Shown here: piece after piece, positions 1 through 9,038 of the stretch
Numbering within the stretch: the stretch's first letter is position 1
Layout: each line of letters opens with the position of its first letter
From: an uncultured Ruminococcus sp.
GTDB taxonomy: Bacteria; Bacillota; Clostridia; Lachnospirales; Lachnospiraceae
Direction: 5' to 3'
Assembly: GCA_904377845.1 (NCBI GenBank)
Contig: CAJFGR010000002.1
Coordinates: forward strand, 11,555 to 75,554
Length of the DNA stretch: 64,000 bases
Translations under genes and position numbers: made by a program
Notes under the pieces: generated by a model
Databases searched by the model: none
The model's input: only the letters and a program-made list of their open reading frames with translations
What the model was told of the DNA's origin: nothing

Positions 1-27
1 GGGCTGTTTTTGCTGTCCAGAGAAAAT

Positions 28-191
28 GTAACAGTTCAGCCCGCGCCATTCGTAAAACCGCACTTCGTGCTTATCGCGGCTGCCGCCGCTGTTTTACTCA
101 TTGACAGGCGCTCAGTTCATCTGATTATCAGTCGCCGGATTCTTATGCGAGCATAAATCCGTCTCCTGATATCAGATGGCTGAACTGTTAC
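28..191. repeat. 164-bp unit bounded by 14-bp perfect inverted repeats (GTAACAGTTCAGCC ... GGCTGAACTGTTAC); related to the hairpin at 8954-8993
   Basis: The arms at 28-41 and 178-191 are exact reverse complements. The reverse complement of 28-52 matches 8970-8994 at 23 of 25 positions. Confidence 0.7.
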
Positions 192-221
192 GAGAAAATA
201 TCTATTGGTTATGTAATTATC

Positions 222-249
222 TTGACAAAATATTCTTTACTGATATAAT
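222..249 (+). promoter_or_regulatory. Sigma-A-type promoter (TTGACA, 16-nt spacer, TGaTATAAT) for the lipoprotein gene
   Basis: TTGACA lies at 222-227 and an extended -10 TGATATAAT at 241-249, about 40 nt upstream of the ATG at 286. Confidence 0.6.
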
Positions 250-285
250 ATTACGAATTTAATATAAAGGCGGCACATAATTAAT

Positions 286-1557
286 ATGGGGAATAAGATG
301 GGCAAAAAGATTCAAAGGATATTCTTAATTATATTTGCAGCGCTTTTGTGCTGCTTTTCTGCCGGCTGCAGTCATAAAAACACTGTGGCAGAAGATAAAG
401 AAAGCAATAAAGATACGAGCATTTCAGGCAAGCCGGAAGATACGGAAGAGTTGTCCGAAGCAGAAATTTATGAAAGAGGATATAATCTTCCCATAGACAG
501 CGCAGAGAAGGAAGAGGCGGAAAAGGACTGCGCGGAAATGATGGAAGCAATCCGCGACATCTATGAAGAAGCAGATAAGGGAACTTCCATCAATGCAGTG
601 ATCTCGCAGGAGACAGCGATAAAAATGCAGCAGGTTATAGCTGAAAAAGACGTGCCGGCTGCGGTCAGTGGATTCGACGTGGATATGATGAACTATGATG
701 CAATGGAAGACTTTCTGGATGAGGCGTCGGCAGGAAATCAGTCAGAGATTATTTTATACAGGATACACACGGACGGTACGGTCTCCAGAGAGAAGTTTAC
801 CTTTGACGGGAAAGATATGTATTCACTTTATACAAAGGGCAGATGGACAGATGATATGGAGCCGGCTTTCAGCGTCAACAGCCGTTCCCGGATGAGTCAG
901 TGGAAGTATACGGAGAAAGGATGGTTTTGCTATGAATATTGTACCGCACAGCCGCCGGAACTTACGGAGGTCGTGGATGCATACGAGATGATACGGGTAA
1001 AGCCGCAGAAGGAAGAGTACAGGGAGATGGAGGAGAACTATCTTGATATTATCGGATATCAGGGAAATAATCTTCTGTGCTCCGAATGGTCGGAGGATCA
1101 GATTGAGGGACTGGATTTTAACGGACTGTATGAATACCTTTATATGGAAGAATACGGAAGAGAGATAGATACGGAAAAATGTGCCGAGGGTATCCCGCGG
1201 GAAGAGTTTGAAAGTCTGCTGACGAAATATCTGCCGGTGACAGCAGAGCAGCTCAGGGAATATGCATCTTATGATGCCGAAAGCGGAACCTATGACTGGG
1301 TCATGCTGGGAGTCGGGAATTATGCTCCGAACGCTTTCTGGATCTCTGTGCCGGAAGTGACAGGGATTAGAGAAAATGAGGATGGAACCGTAACACTGAC
1401 GGTGGATGTGGTATGTGAGAAAAAGGGAAACGATGACTTATATACCCATGAAGTTACACTGCGTATTCTGGATGATGGAAAAGCGATGTATTTGTCTAAT
1501 CACATTTTAGATGACAGACCGGGAATGATCCCGGATTATCAGTATCGGTGTGGGTGA
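286..1557 (+). CDS. Uncharacterised secreted lipoprotein (acidic, 423 aa)
   Basis: The ORF has a hydrophobic N-terminal signal peptide ending in a lipobox-like FSAGC. It has its own promoter and terminator. I recognise no catalytic motif. Confidence 0.7.
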   Translation: MGNKMGKKIQRIFLIIFAALLCCFSAGCSHKNTVAEDKESNKDTSISGKPEDTEELSEAEIYERGYNLPIDSAEKEEAEKDCAEMMEAIRDIYEEADKGTSINAVISQETAIKMQQVIAEKDVPAAVSGFDVDMMNYDAMEDFLDEASAGNQSEIILYRIHTDGTVSREKFTFDGKDMYSLYTKGRWTDDMEPAFSVNSRSRMSQWKYTEKGWFCYEYCTAQPPELTEVVDAYEMIRVKPQKEEYREMEENYLDIIGYQGNNLLCSEWSEDQIEGLDFNGLYEYLYMEEYGREIDTEKCAEGIPREEFESLLTKYLPVTAEQLREYASYDAESGTYDWVMLGVGNYAPNAFWISVPEVTGIRENEDGTVTLTVDVVCEKKGNDDLYTHEVTLRILDDGKAMYLSNHILDDRPGMIPDYQYRCG

Positions 1558-1564
1558 CATAGAT

Positions 1565-1601
1565 CCGGGAAATTCAGTAAAATGAGTTTCCCGGTTTTTT
1601 T
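1565..1601 (+). terminator. Rho-independent terminator (CCGGGAAA ... TTTCCCGG followed by T7)
   Basis: An 8-bp GC-containing stem is followed by TTTTTTT immediately after the stop at 1557. Confidence 0.75.
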
Positions 1602-1617
1602 CTTACATTTTCGTAAG

Positions 1618-3237
1618 CTAGAGAATTTGGGGAGCGGGGCATGATATAATAATGACGGTGCTTTCTTTTCTGAGCACATAGTATAACGCTTGCTGTGCAG
1701 GGATTATTATGTATATCGGCAAGAAGGATTTAAATGAGCAGACTACTTTTATTGGAGGATGATTTGAGTCTGATCGACGGGCTGAAATATTCACTGGAGA
1801 AAAACGGGTTTCTTTTGTTACAAGAACTCTGCAGCTCTTTCTGTTACAGACAATGCCATATTTCAGTACAGTATGAATGTCTGATTCCCTGAAAGCATCT
1901 GTATAATGCTTTTCGTCAATCTGGCGGATTGCCTTTCGACATTCTTCCTCTTCGTGTGAATCAGCATACTTTACTTCTATGATAATTCCGATATCAGAGT
2001 GATCGATCCAGATCATAATATCACCGAATCCGTTCCCGGCTTCCCGGTTTGACCTTACAGACCAGCCTGCTTTATAACTTAGAATGCCGAGAAGGATGCC
2101 ATGATAAAAGTTTTCTTTTGTCGGCTTCTTCACAAAAGTGTCGCGGACACTGATCGTTTTTTGCATATATTTTGTGAAAAGCTCTTCAACCTTATCAGCT
2201 TCTCCATTGATCAGTGAATTACAGAAAGAGTTAAGCAGCTCCCCGTCTTTTTGCACCTCATTCTCAAATAATGCCATAATCTGTTCAGTAAAAATATTTC
2301 TGATTTCACGGTTGGGAATGACCAGTTCAAACAGATTATTATCTGAGCGGGCTTTCACAGTCAAATATCCGGTCATGAAAAGAGCACTCCAGATATTTTC
2401 GGGAGAAGAAAACAGGTCTTTATAGGTTAATTCCTGCCGTACCGTTTTCTGTACGGATTCTCCGGCAATAAGGTGTTCAATTTCCACTTTGGTAAGTGTA
2501 CGCTGTTCTCCCATACTTTCTACGAAGCGTTTTATAATATCATTTCCACTGGGATTGATCCAGTAGTTTTCCGGAGGCAGCTGTTTATTTTTTCTGTGCT
2601 TCTGACAATAACAGATCACATCCCACGGACAGTAGATATCGGAACTGCCGAAACGATATCCGTCATACCATTCTTTCACAATGCTGTAATTATTTTCCAG
2701 ACCGTAATATCGGAGCATTTCTTTTACCTCGGCATCTGTAAAACCGAAATACTCGTCAAAGTCCATGTCTGTTATCGTATATACATTAAAATTATTTAAT
2801 CCTGTAAATATGCTTTCTTTCGCTACCCGAAGACAGCCTGCGAGTACGGCAAAATACAGATTGTCATTGGTCTTCAGGGCGTTGCTGAAAAAATTACGGA
2901 TAAGATGTACCATTTGTTCATGGTAGCCATATTCATTTGCTTTCTGAAGCGGAACGTCATATTCGTCAATCAGAAGAATGACTTTTTGACTGTAGTGTCT
3001 GTACAGCAATTCTGTAAGTACACGCAGACTGTAACAAAGGGTGTCGTCTGTCATATCCTGAACCAGCATATGCTGCAGAAGATCTTTGTCATTGTCTGAA
3101 AGCACGCTGCTTTTAAAAAGAAATTGAAGACGCCGCACTTCTTCGTTGACAACCCTGATAAACATTTTCCGGGCTGTCTGGAAATCTTCAGCATCTATAC
3201 TTTTCAGGCTGATTGAGATTACCGGAAATTTCCCCAT
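1618..3237 (-). pseudogene. Decayed AAA-ATPase-like / PD-(D/E)XK (PDDEXK_9-type) gene, 5'-truncated with an aberrant 3' extension
   Basis: The body shows the family architecture as I recall it: a KFPVISISLK segment, a LLIDEYD Walker-B-like motif and a C-terminal nuclease-like block D...IIIEVK...KYGI. The roughly 90-aa P-loop N-terminus is absent, with an in-frame stop at 3280-3282 only 14 codons upstream of the first Met. About 60 residues of compositionally odd tail follow the usual C-terminus. Confidence 0.55.
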
Positions 3238-3360
3238 ATATTCATTGCAGAGAGCAGTTTCACGGGAAATACAAGTAACTTAAAAATTTTCATAAAGTTG
3301 TTTTTCCGGAAAGATGATTCGTTATACTTTACAGATGACGAATCGTTGATTGCACTTGAC

Positions 3361-3443
3361 AACTCCTCGTAAACTCTGCACAATAATTCCATATGGATTT
3401 ATTATCTGCATACGGGATATAAATGCAGAGTCTGTGAGGAGTT
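3361..3443 (+). promoter_or_regulatory. Leader inverted repeat that can sequester the SD of the ABC-F gene
   Basis: AACTCCTC-gtaa-ACTCTGCA (3361-3380) is complementary to TGCAGAGT-ctgt-GAGGAGTT (3424-3443), giving 8+8 bp. The 3' arm contains the GAGGAG SD, 6 nt before the ATG at 3448. A competing hairpin TCTGCAT/ATGCAGA lies at 3405-3429. Confidence 0.45.
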
Positions 3444-3447
3444 TTTT

Positions 3448-5280
3448 ATGAATATCATCAATATAGAACATATCAGTAAGATCTACGGAGAAAAGGTCAT
3501 CTATGAGGACGCGTCTTTCGGTGTCCAGCAGGGAGATAAAATCGGAATTGTAGGTGTCAACGGAACCGGAAAATCCACGATTCTTCGGATGATCGCCGGC
3601 GAGGAAGTGCCGGATGAGGGACAGATCATAAAGCAGAACGGGCTTAAGATCGCCTATGTGCCGCAGAATCCGGTATTTCCGGACGGGGCGGATATCCGCT
3701 CCTATGCATTCTCAAAAGGCGATGGAGAAGACTGGCAGGTGGAGTCTAATCTGATGGAGCTGGGGATTTCTCAATTTGACCAGAAGATCGAGCATCTCTC
3801 AGGCGGCCAGAAGAGAAGAGTTGTGCTGGCAAAGACACTGGCGGAGGATTTCGACGTCCTCCTTCTGGACGAGCCGACCAACCATCTGGACGGGGAGATG
3901 ATTACATGGCTGGAGGAGTATCTGAGATCCTACCGGGGAACTGTCTTTATGGTGACCCACGACAGGTATTTCCTCGACAGAGTGTGCAGCCGGATTCTTG
4001 AGATCAGCCGCGGGAAAATGTACGGATATGATGCGGATTATTCGGGATTTCTTGAACTGAAAGCTGCCAGGGAGGAGATGGAGCTTGCGTCAGAGCGGAA
4101 ACGGCAGAGCGTATTGCGCATGGAGCTTGAGTGGGCGAAGCGGGGATGCCGTGCAAGAACGACGAAGCAGCGGGCAAGACTGGAACGGCTGGAAGCTCTG
4201 AAAAACGGAAAGGCGCCGGTGCAGGATCAGACCTTGGAGCTGGGATCCGTGGAGACAAGGATGGGAAAGAAGACCATCGAACTTCATCACATCAGCAAGA
4301 GTTACGGGGAAAAGAAGATACTGGAGGATTTCAGCTATATTGTCCTGAAAAACCAGAGGCTGGGAATCATCGGACCCAACGGATGCGGAAAATCAACGCT
4401 GATCAAGATGATCGCAGGTCTTGTCGAGCCGGATACGGGACACATTGAGATCGGTGAAACCATTAAGATCGGATATTTTGCTCAGGAAGAGCAGCATATG
4501 GACGACAGCCAGCGGGTGATTGACTATGTGAAGGATATTGCAGAATATATCACCACAACGGATGGGAAGATCAGTGCTTCGGCGCTTCTTGAGAGATTCC
4601 TCTTTACCCCGGATATGCAGTATGCACCTATCGGAAAGCTCTCAGGCGGGGAAAAGCGCAGACTCTATCTGTTGGGCGTCCTTGCGGAGAATGCCAATGT
4701 GCTTTTATTTGACGAGGCTGGCAACAATCTGGACATTCCGACGCTGACGATCCTCGAGGATTACCTCAACTCCTTTAACGGCATCGTGATCACAGTCTCC
4801 CACGACAGATATTTCCTGGACAACGTTGTAGACCGCATTTTCGAACTGGATGGCAACGGTCATGCGAAACAATATGAGGGCGGGTATACAGATTATCTGG
4901 CTGCAAAGCAGCGCGAACAGGATGGCGGAAGCGGAATAGTTTCAGAAAAGACAAAAAAGACGACCGGGGCTGCCGGAAGAGATACAGGAGCAGATGATCA
5001 AAAAAGCAAGAACAGCTCAAAGGACTGGAAACAGCACTCCCAGAAGCTGAAATTCACCTATAAAGAGCAGCGGGAATATGAGACGATCGACGATGATATC
5101 GCAGCTCTGGAGGAGAAGCTATCCTCCATTGAACGTCAGATCGAGGCCAATGCGACAAACTCTGTGAAACTGCGGGAACTGCTGGCGGAGCAGGAGGAGA
5201 CTCAGGCGGCTCTTGATGAAAAGACGGAACGGTGGGTATATCTGAATGAACTTGCAGAGAAAATCGCCGAACAGGGTTGA
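3448..5280 (+). CDS. ABC-F family ATPase, Uup/YfmR-like (two ABC domains plus a C-terminal coiled coil)
   Basis: Two sets of ABC motifs are present: GVNGTGKST / LSGGQKRR / LLLDEPTNHLD and GPNGCGKST / LSGGEKRR / LLFDEAGNNLD. There is no transmembrane domain. The inter-domain linker is short and basic, and the C-terminal tail is charged and helical. Confidence 0.9.
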   Translation: MNIINIEHISKIYGEKVIYEDASFGVQQGDKIGIVGVNGTGKSTILRMIAGEEVPDEGQIIKQNGLKIAYVPQNPVFPDGADIRSYAFSKGDGEDWQVESNLMELGISQFDQKIEHLSGGQKRRVVLAKTLAEDFDVLLLDEPTNHLDGEMITWLEEYLRSYRGTVFMVTHDRYFLDRVCSRILEISRGKMYGYDADYSGFLELKAAREEMELASERKRQSVLRMELEWAKRGCRARTTKQRARLERLEALKNGKAPVQDQTLELGSVETRMGKKTIELHHISKSYGEKKILEDFSYIVLKNQRLGIIGPNGCGKSTLIKMIAGLVEPDTGHIEIGETIKIGYFAQEEQHMDDSQRVIDYVKDIAEYITTTDGKISASALLERFLFTPDMQYAPIGKLSGGEKRRLYLLGVLAENANVLLFDEAGNNLDIPTLTILEDYLNSFNGIVITVSHDRYFLDNVVDRIFELDGNGHAKQYEGGYTDYLAAKQREQDGGSGIVSEKTKKTTGAAGRDTGADDQKSKNSSKDWKQHSQKLKFTYKEQREYETIDDDIAALEEKLSSIERQIEANATNSVKLRELLAEQEETQAALDEKTERWVYLNELAEKIAEQG

Positions 5281-5315
5281 CAAAGCAGGATACACTTGGT
5301 AATATTATAAAAGAC

Positions 5316-5339
5316 AAAAACAGAGCGCAATCTGTTTTT
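5316..5339 (+). terminator. Weak AU-rich hairpin / possible terminator (AAAAACAGA-gcgcaa-TCTGTTTTT)
   Basis: This is a perfect 9-bp stem, but it is mostly A-U. It lies between the ABC-F stop and ilvN. Confidence 0.3.
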
Positions 5340-5361
5340 GGAACGGGAAGGAGAGAAATTG

Positions 5362-5859
5362 ATGAGAAAACAGGTATTTTCATTACTTGTAGACAATAAT
5401 CCCGGAGTTTTGAGCCGGATCGCAGGGCTGTTCAGCCGCCGCGGATACAGTATCGACAGTATCACCGCAGGAATGACCGCAGATCCGAGATTTACCCGTA
5501 TCACAGTTGTATCGTCAGGAGACGAGCTGATCCTTTCTCAGATTGAGAAACAGGTCAGAAAACTGGAGGATGTGGTAGCGATCAAAGTGCTCAAGGACGA
5601 AGAATCTGTATGCCGTGAACTGATCATGGTCAAGCTTCGCGCCGATGCGTCACAGAGAGGAGAGATCATCTCGGTGGCTGATATTTTCAGGGCGAAGATT
5701 GTTGACGTGGAAGAGGATTCCCTGATCGTTGAGCTCACGGGAACGCAGAGTAAACTGGAAGCATTCCTGAATCTTCTGAAAGGATACGAGATACTGGAAC
5801 TGGCAAGAACCGGCATCACCGGACTTTCCAGAGGGAGCAAGGATGTAGCATATTTTTAA
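5362..5859 (+). CDS. ilvN: Acetolactate synthase small (regulatory) subunit
   Basis: The N-terminus carries an ACT domain, MRKQVFSLLVDNNPGVLSRIAGLFSRRGYSIDSI. I chose the ATG at 5362 because of the GGAAGGAGAG SD. The ORF-track start at 5338 (TTG) is less likely. Confidence 0.9.
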   Translation: MRKQVFSLLVDNNPGVLSRIAGLFSRRGYSIDSITAGMTADPRFTRITVVSSGDELILSQIEKQVRKLEDVVAIKVLKDEESVCRELIMVKLRADASQRGEIISVADIFRAKIVDVEEDSLIVELTGTQSKLEAFLNLLKGYEILELARTGITGLSRGSKDVAYF

Positions 5860-5873
5860 TTTTATCATTTTAG

Positions 5874-6905
<1,032 letters not shown>

Positions 6906-6935
6906 TACTTGATCATACAATAGGTAAGCGGCGAA

Positions 6936-6965
6936 ACGTCCGGCAGTGATCTGCCGGGCGTTTTG
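6936..6965 (+). terminator. Rho-independent terminator after ilvC
   Basis: ACGTCCGGCAG-tgat-CTGCCGGGCGT is followed by TTTTG. Confidence 0.75.
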
Positions 6966-6984
6966 TCATAATATTGTCATAATA
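6963..6984. repeat. Perfect tandem duplication of the 11-mer TTGTCATAATA (x2) upstream of the MATE gene
   Basis: 6963-6973 and 6974-6984 are identical. The repeat lies 30 nt upstream of the MATE start. Confidence 0.8.
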
Positions 6985-7013
6985 AAGGAAATCAGAAGAG
7001 AGGAGAGAACCTT

Positions 7014-8459
7014 TTGAAGGGGGAAGAGAATACGGCTCAGTCCGGCCAGCCGGAAGAGGATAATAAAAAAACGAACGACAATGATTTCAGTAAGGGAAGT
7101 ATTGTACGGCATATACTCAGCCTTGCCGTTCCCATGACGCTGGCACAGCTGATCAACGTGCTTTACAGCGTAGTGGACCGTATCTATATCGGACATCTGC
7201 CCCATGCATCCGCAGAGGCACTGACCGGGATCGGACTCTGCCTGCCGATCATCACGATCATATCAGCCTTTGCCAATCTGTTCGGAATGGGCGGTGCACC
7301 GCTGTGTTCCATTGCCCGGGGCGGCCATGAAGAGAAGCGGGCGCAGAAAGTGATGGGAAATTCATTCTCCATGCTGCTCCTTACCGGTGCAGTACTCATG
7401 ATTCTCTGCCTTGTACTGAAAAGACCGATTCTGTATCTGTTCGGAGCAAGCGAGGCGACTTACGGCTATGCGAACGATTATATTACGATTTATCTGCTGG
7501 GGACGATCTTCGTTATGGTAAGTCTCGGCATGAATAATTTCATTAACGCGCAGGGATTCGGAAAAATGGGGATGCTGACCGTACTGCTTGGCGCAGTCAT
7601 GAATATTATTCTGGATCCGGTTCTGATCTTCGGATTCGATATGGGGGTACGGGGAGCTGCCATAGCCACTGTGATATCACAGGGGGCTTCCGCCCTGTGG
7701 GTATTCATTTTCCTGACCGGAAAAAAAGCCCTTTTCCGGCTTACCCGGGAATCCATGAAGCTGAAAGCATCGCTGGTAAAGGATATCACTTTTCTGGGGA
7801 CGTCCGGGTTTGTCATGTCTGTCACGAACGGTACTGTTCAGATCGTGTGCAATGCAGTGCTTGCCCGGTACGGCGGGGATCTCTATGTGGGGATCATGAC
7901 GGTGATCAATTCCGTGCGGGAGATTGCAACTCTGCCTCTGAACGGACTTACATCCGGAGCGCAGCCGGTTATGGGCTACAATTACGGAGCAGGCTGTTAT
8001 AAAAGAGTGAAGTCTTCCATCAGATTCATTACAGTAGTGGGAATTGTATTCTCCCTGATCCTGTGGGCAGTCGTATTTCTGGAGCCGAGATTTTTCCTGC
8101 ATTTGTTTACAAGCGAACAGGAACTGATCGAAAAAGGCATCCCGGCACTGCAGATCTATTTCTGCGGAATCTTTATGATGGCGCTTCAGTTCGTGGGACA
8201 GTCCACCAATGTGGCATTAAACCGGCCGAAGCAGGCAGTATTTTTCTCTCTGTTCCGGAAGGTGATCATCGTAGTGCCGCTGACGATCCTGCTGCCGATG
8301 ATCGGAGGTCTTGGAACAGACGGCGTGTTCTGGGCAGAACCGGTGTCGAATGTGATCGGAGGCACGGCCTGTTTTGTGGCAATGCTTGTCACTGTGTGGC
8401 CGACGCTGAAGGAGAAGGGAGCGGACAGTTCGGGTGCACCATCCGCAAAGACACGCTGA
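7014..8459 (+). CDS. MATE family multidrug/toxin efflux transporter
   Basis: The protein is about 12-TM. Its N-terminal motif ILSLAVPMTLAQLINVLYSVVDRIYIGH is typical of MATE/NorM-like proteins. The TTG start is preceded by GGAGAG. Confidence 0.85.
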   Translation: MKGEENTAQSGQPEEDNKKTNDNDFSKGSIVRHILSLAVPMTLAQLINVLYSVVDRIYIGHLPHASAEALTGIGLCLPIITIISAFANLFGMGGAPLCSIARGGHEEKRAQKVMGNSFSMLLLTGAVLMILCLVLKRPILYLFGASEATYGYANDYITIYLLGTIFVMVSLGMNNFINAQGFGKMGMLTVLLGAVMNIILDPVLIFGFDMGVRGAAIATVISQGASALWVFIFLTGKKALFRLTRESMKLKASLVKDITFLGTSGFVMSVTNGTVQIVCNAVLARYGGDLYVGIMTVINSVREIATLPLNGLTSGAQPVMGYNYGAGCYKRVKSSIRFITVVGIVFSLILWAVVFLEPRFFLHLFTSEQELIEKGIPALQIYFCGIFMMALQFVGQSTNVALNRPKQAVFFSLFRKVIIVVPLTILLPMIGGLGTDGVFWAEPVSNVIGGTACFVAMLVTVWPTLKEKGADSSGAPSAKTR

Positions 8460-8484
8460 TGTACTGATTCAAAAAAGATGCAAA

Positions 8485-8516
8485 AAAGGCATCCGCCTGA
8501 CGGTGCGGATGCCTTT
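8485..8516. terminator. Bidirectional terminator between the MATE gene and rpsT
   Basis: AAAGGCATCCGC-ctgacggt-GCGGATGCCTTT is flanked by an A-run upstream and TTTC downstream. Confidence 0.75.
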
Positions 8517-8535
8517 CATAATCTCTCTATGTTAA

Positions 8536-8799
8536 TTAAGCAATGCTGTTTACAGCTTTTGACAGACGGGAGATCTTTCTGGAAACAGTCTTTTTGTGAT
8601 AAACACCTTTGCTTCCTGCTTTGGAAATCTCCACGATCGCTGCGTGCAGAGCAGTCTTAGCAGCCTCTGCGTCTTTAGCAGCAACTGCAGCGTCAACTTT
8701 CTTGACAGCAGTCTTAACTTTAGACTTGATTGCTTTATTTCTTGCAGCCTTTGTCTCGTTTACTAAAATTCTTTTCTTAGCAGACTTAATGTTAGCCAA
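8536..8799 (-). CDS. rpsT: 30S ribosomal protein S20
   Basis: The sequence ANIKSAKKRILVNETKAARNKAIKSKVKTAVKK is diagnostic. I chose the TTG start at 8799, 7 nt after GGAGGTG. The ATG at 8823 in the ORF track has no SD. Confidence 0.9.
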   Translation of the reverse strand: MANIKSAKKRILVNETKAARNKAIKSKVKTAVKKVDAAVAAKDAEAAKTALHAAIVEISKAGSKGVYHKKTVSRKISRLSKAVNSIA

Positions 8800-8893
8800 T
8801 CTGTACACCTCCATATACAACATGAAATTTCAAATGTAAATCATGTGCCTCAGCAGATTCGGACACGGACGCTCCGCTGAAACATACTCATTT

Positions 8894-8922
8894 ATTTTAT
8901 GCTAACCGTAATTGCTTGTCAA
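8894..8922 (-). promoter_or_regulatory. Sigma-A promoter of rpsT (TTGACA, 17-nt spacer, TAAAAT)
   Basis: On the minus strand, TTGACA is at 8922-8917 and TAAAAT at 8899-8894, with an exact 17-nt spacer. Confidence 0.65.
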
Positions 8923-8953
8923 TACATATTTTAAGAAATATTGCAAAATATAG

Positions 8954-8993
8954 TAACAGTTCAGCTTTGCGAATGGCGCGTGCTGAACTGTTA
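8954..8993. repeat. Perfect 12-bp-stem hairpin (TAACAGTTCAGC-N16-GCTGAACTGTTA), short form of the 28-191 element
   Basis: The arms at 8954-8965 and 8982-8993 are exact reverse complements. The loop contains CGAATGGCGCG, which is the reverse complement of 42-52. Confidence 0.75.
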
Positions 8994-9038
8994 TATGAAC
9001 AGCGGCATCATAAGAGAAACGAAAAGTGAGGACGGGCT

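Noticed and set aside
1754-1895. A 43-codon plus-strand ORF (TTG at 1764) preceded by GGAGGA, antisense to the tail of the decayed AAA-ATPase gene.
   Set aside because: The SD-start spacing is only 4 nt and the start is non-ATG. It partly overlaps the still-conserved nuclease block on the other strand. The evidence is insufficient.
3448-5280. Possibility that the ABC-F protein is an antibiotic-resistance (ARE) ABC-F, given the attenuator-like leader.
   Set aside because: The inter-domain linker is short, about 60 residues, like housekeeping ABC-Fs. The protein also has a Uup-type C-terminal coiled-coil extension. Nothing in the sequence specifically supports an ARE assignment.
4004-5504. A set of 60-110-aa ORFs in alternative or antisense frames of the ABC-F gene and the ABC-F/ilvN junction.
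   Set aside because: All are nested in or antisense to well-supported genes, lack SDs and have biased composition.
8985-9012. A SigF/SigG-type forespore promoter for gpr (CATCATA at 9006-9012).
   Set aside because: The -10-like heptamer is present. The best -35 candidate (GAACT, 16-nt spacing) matches GHATR poorly, so I do not list it as a feature.
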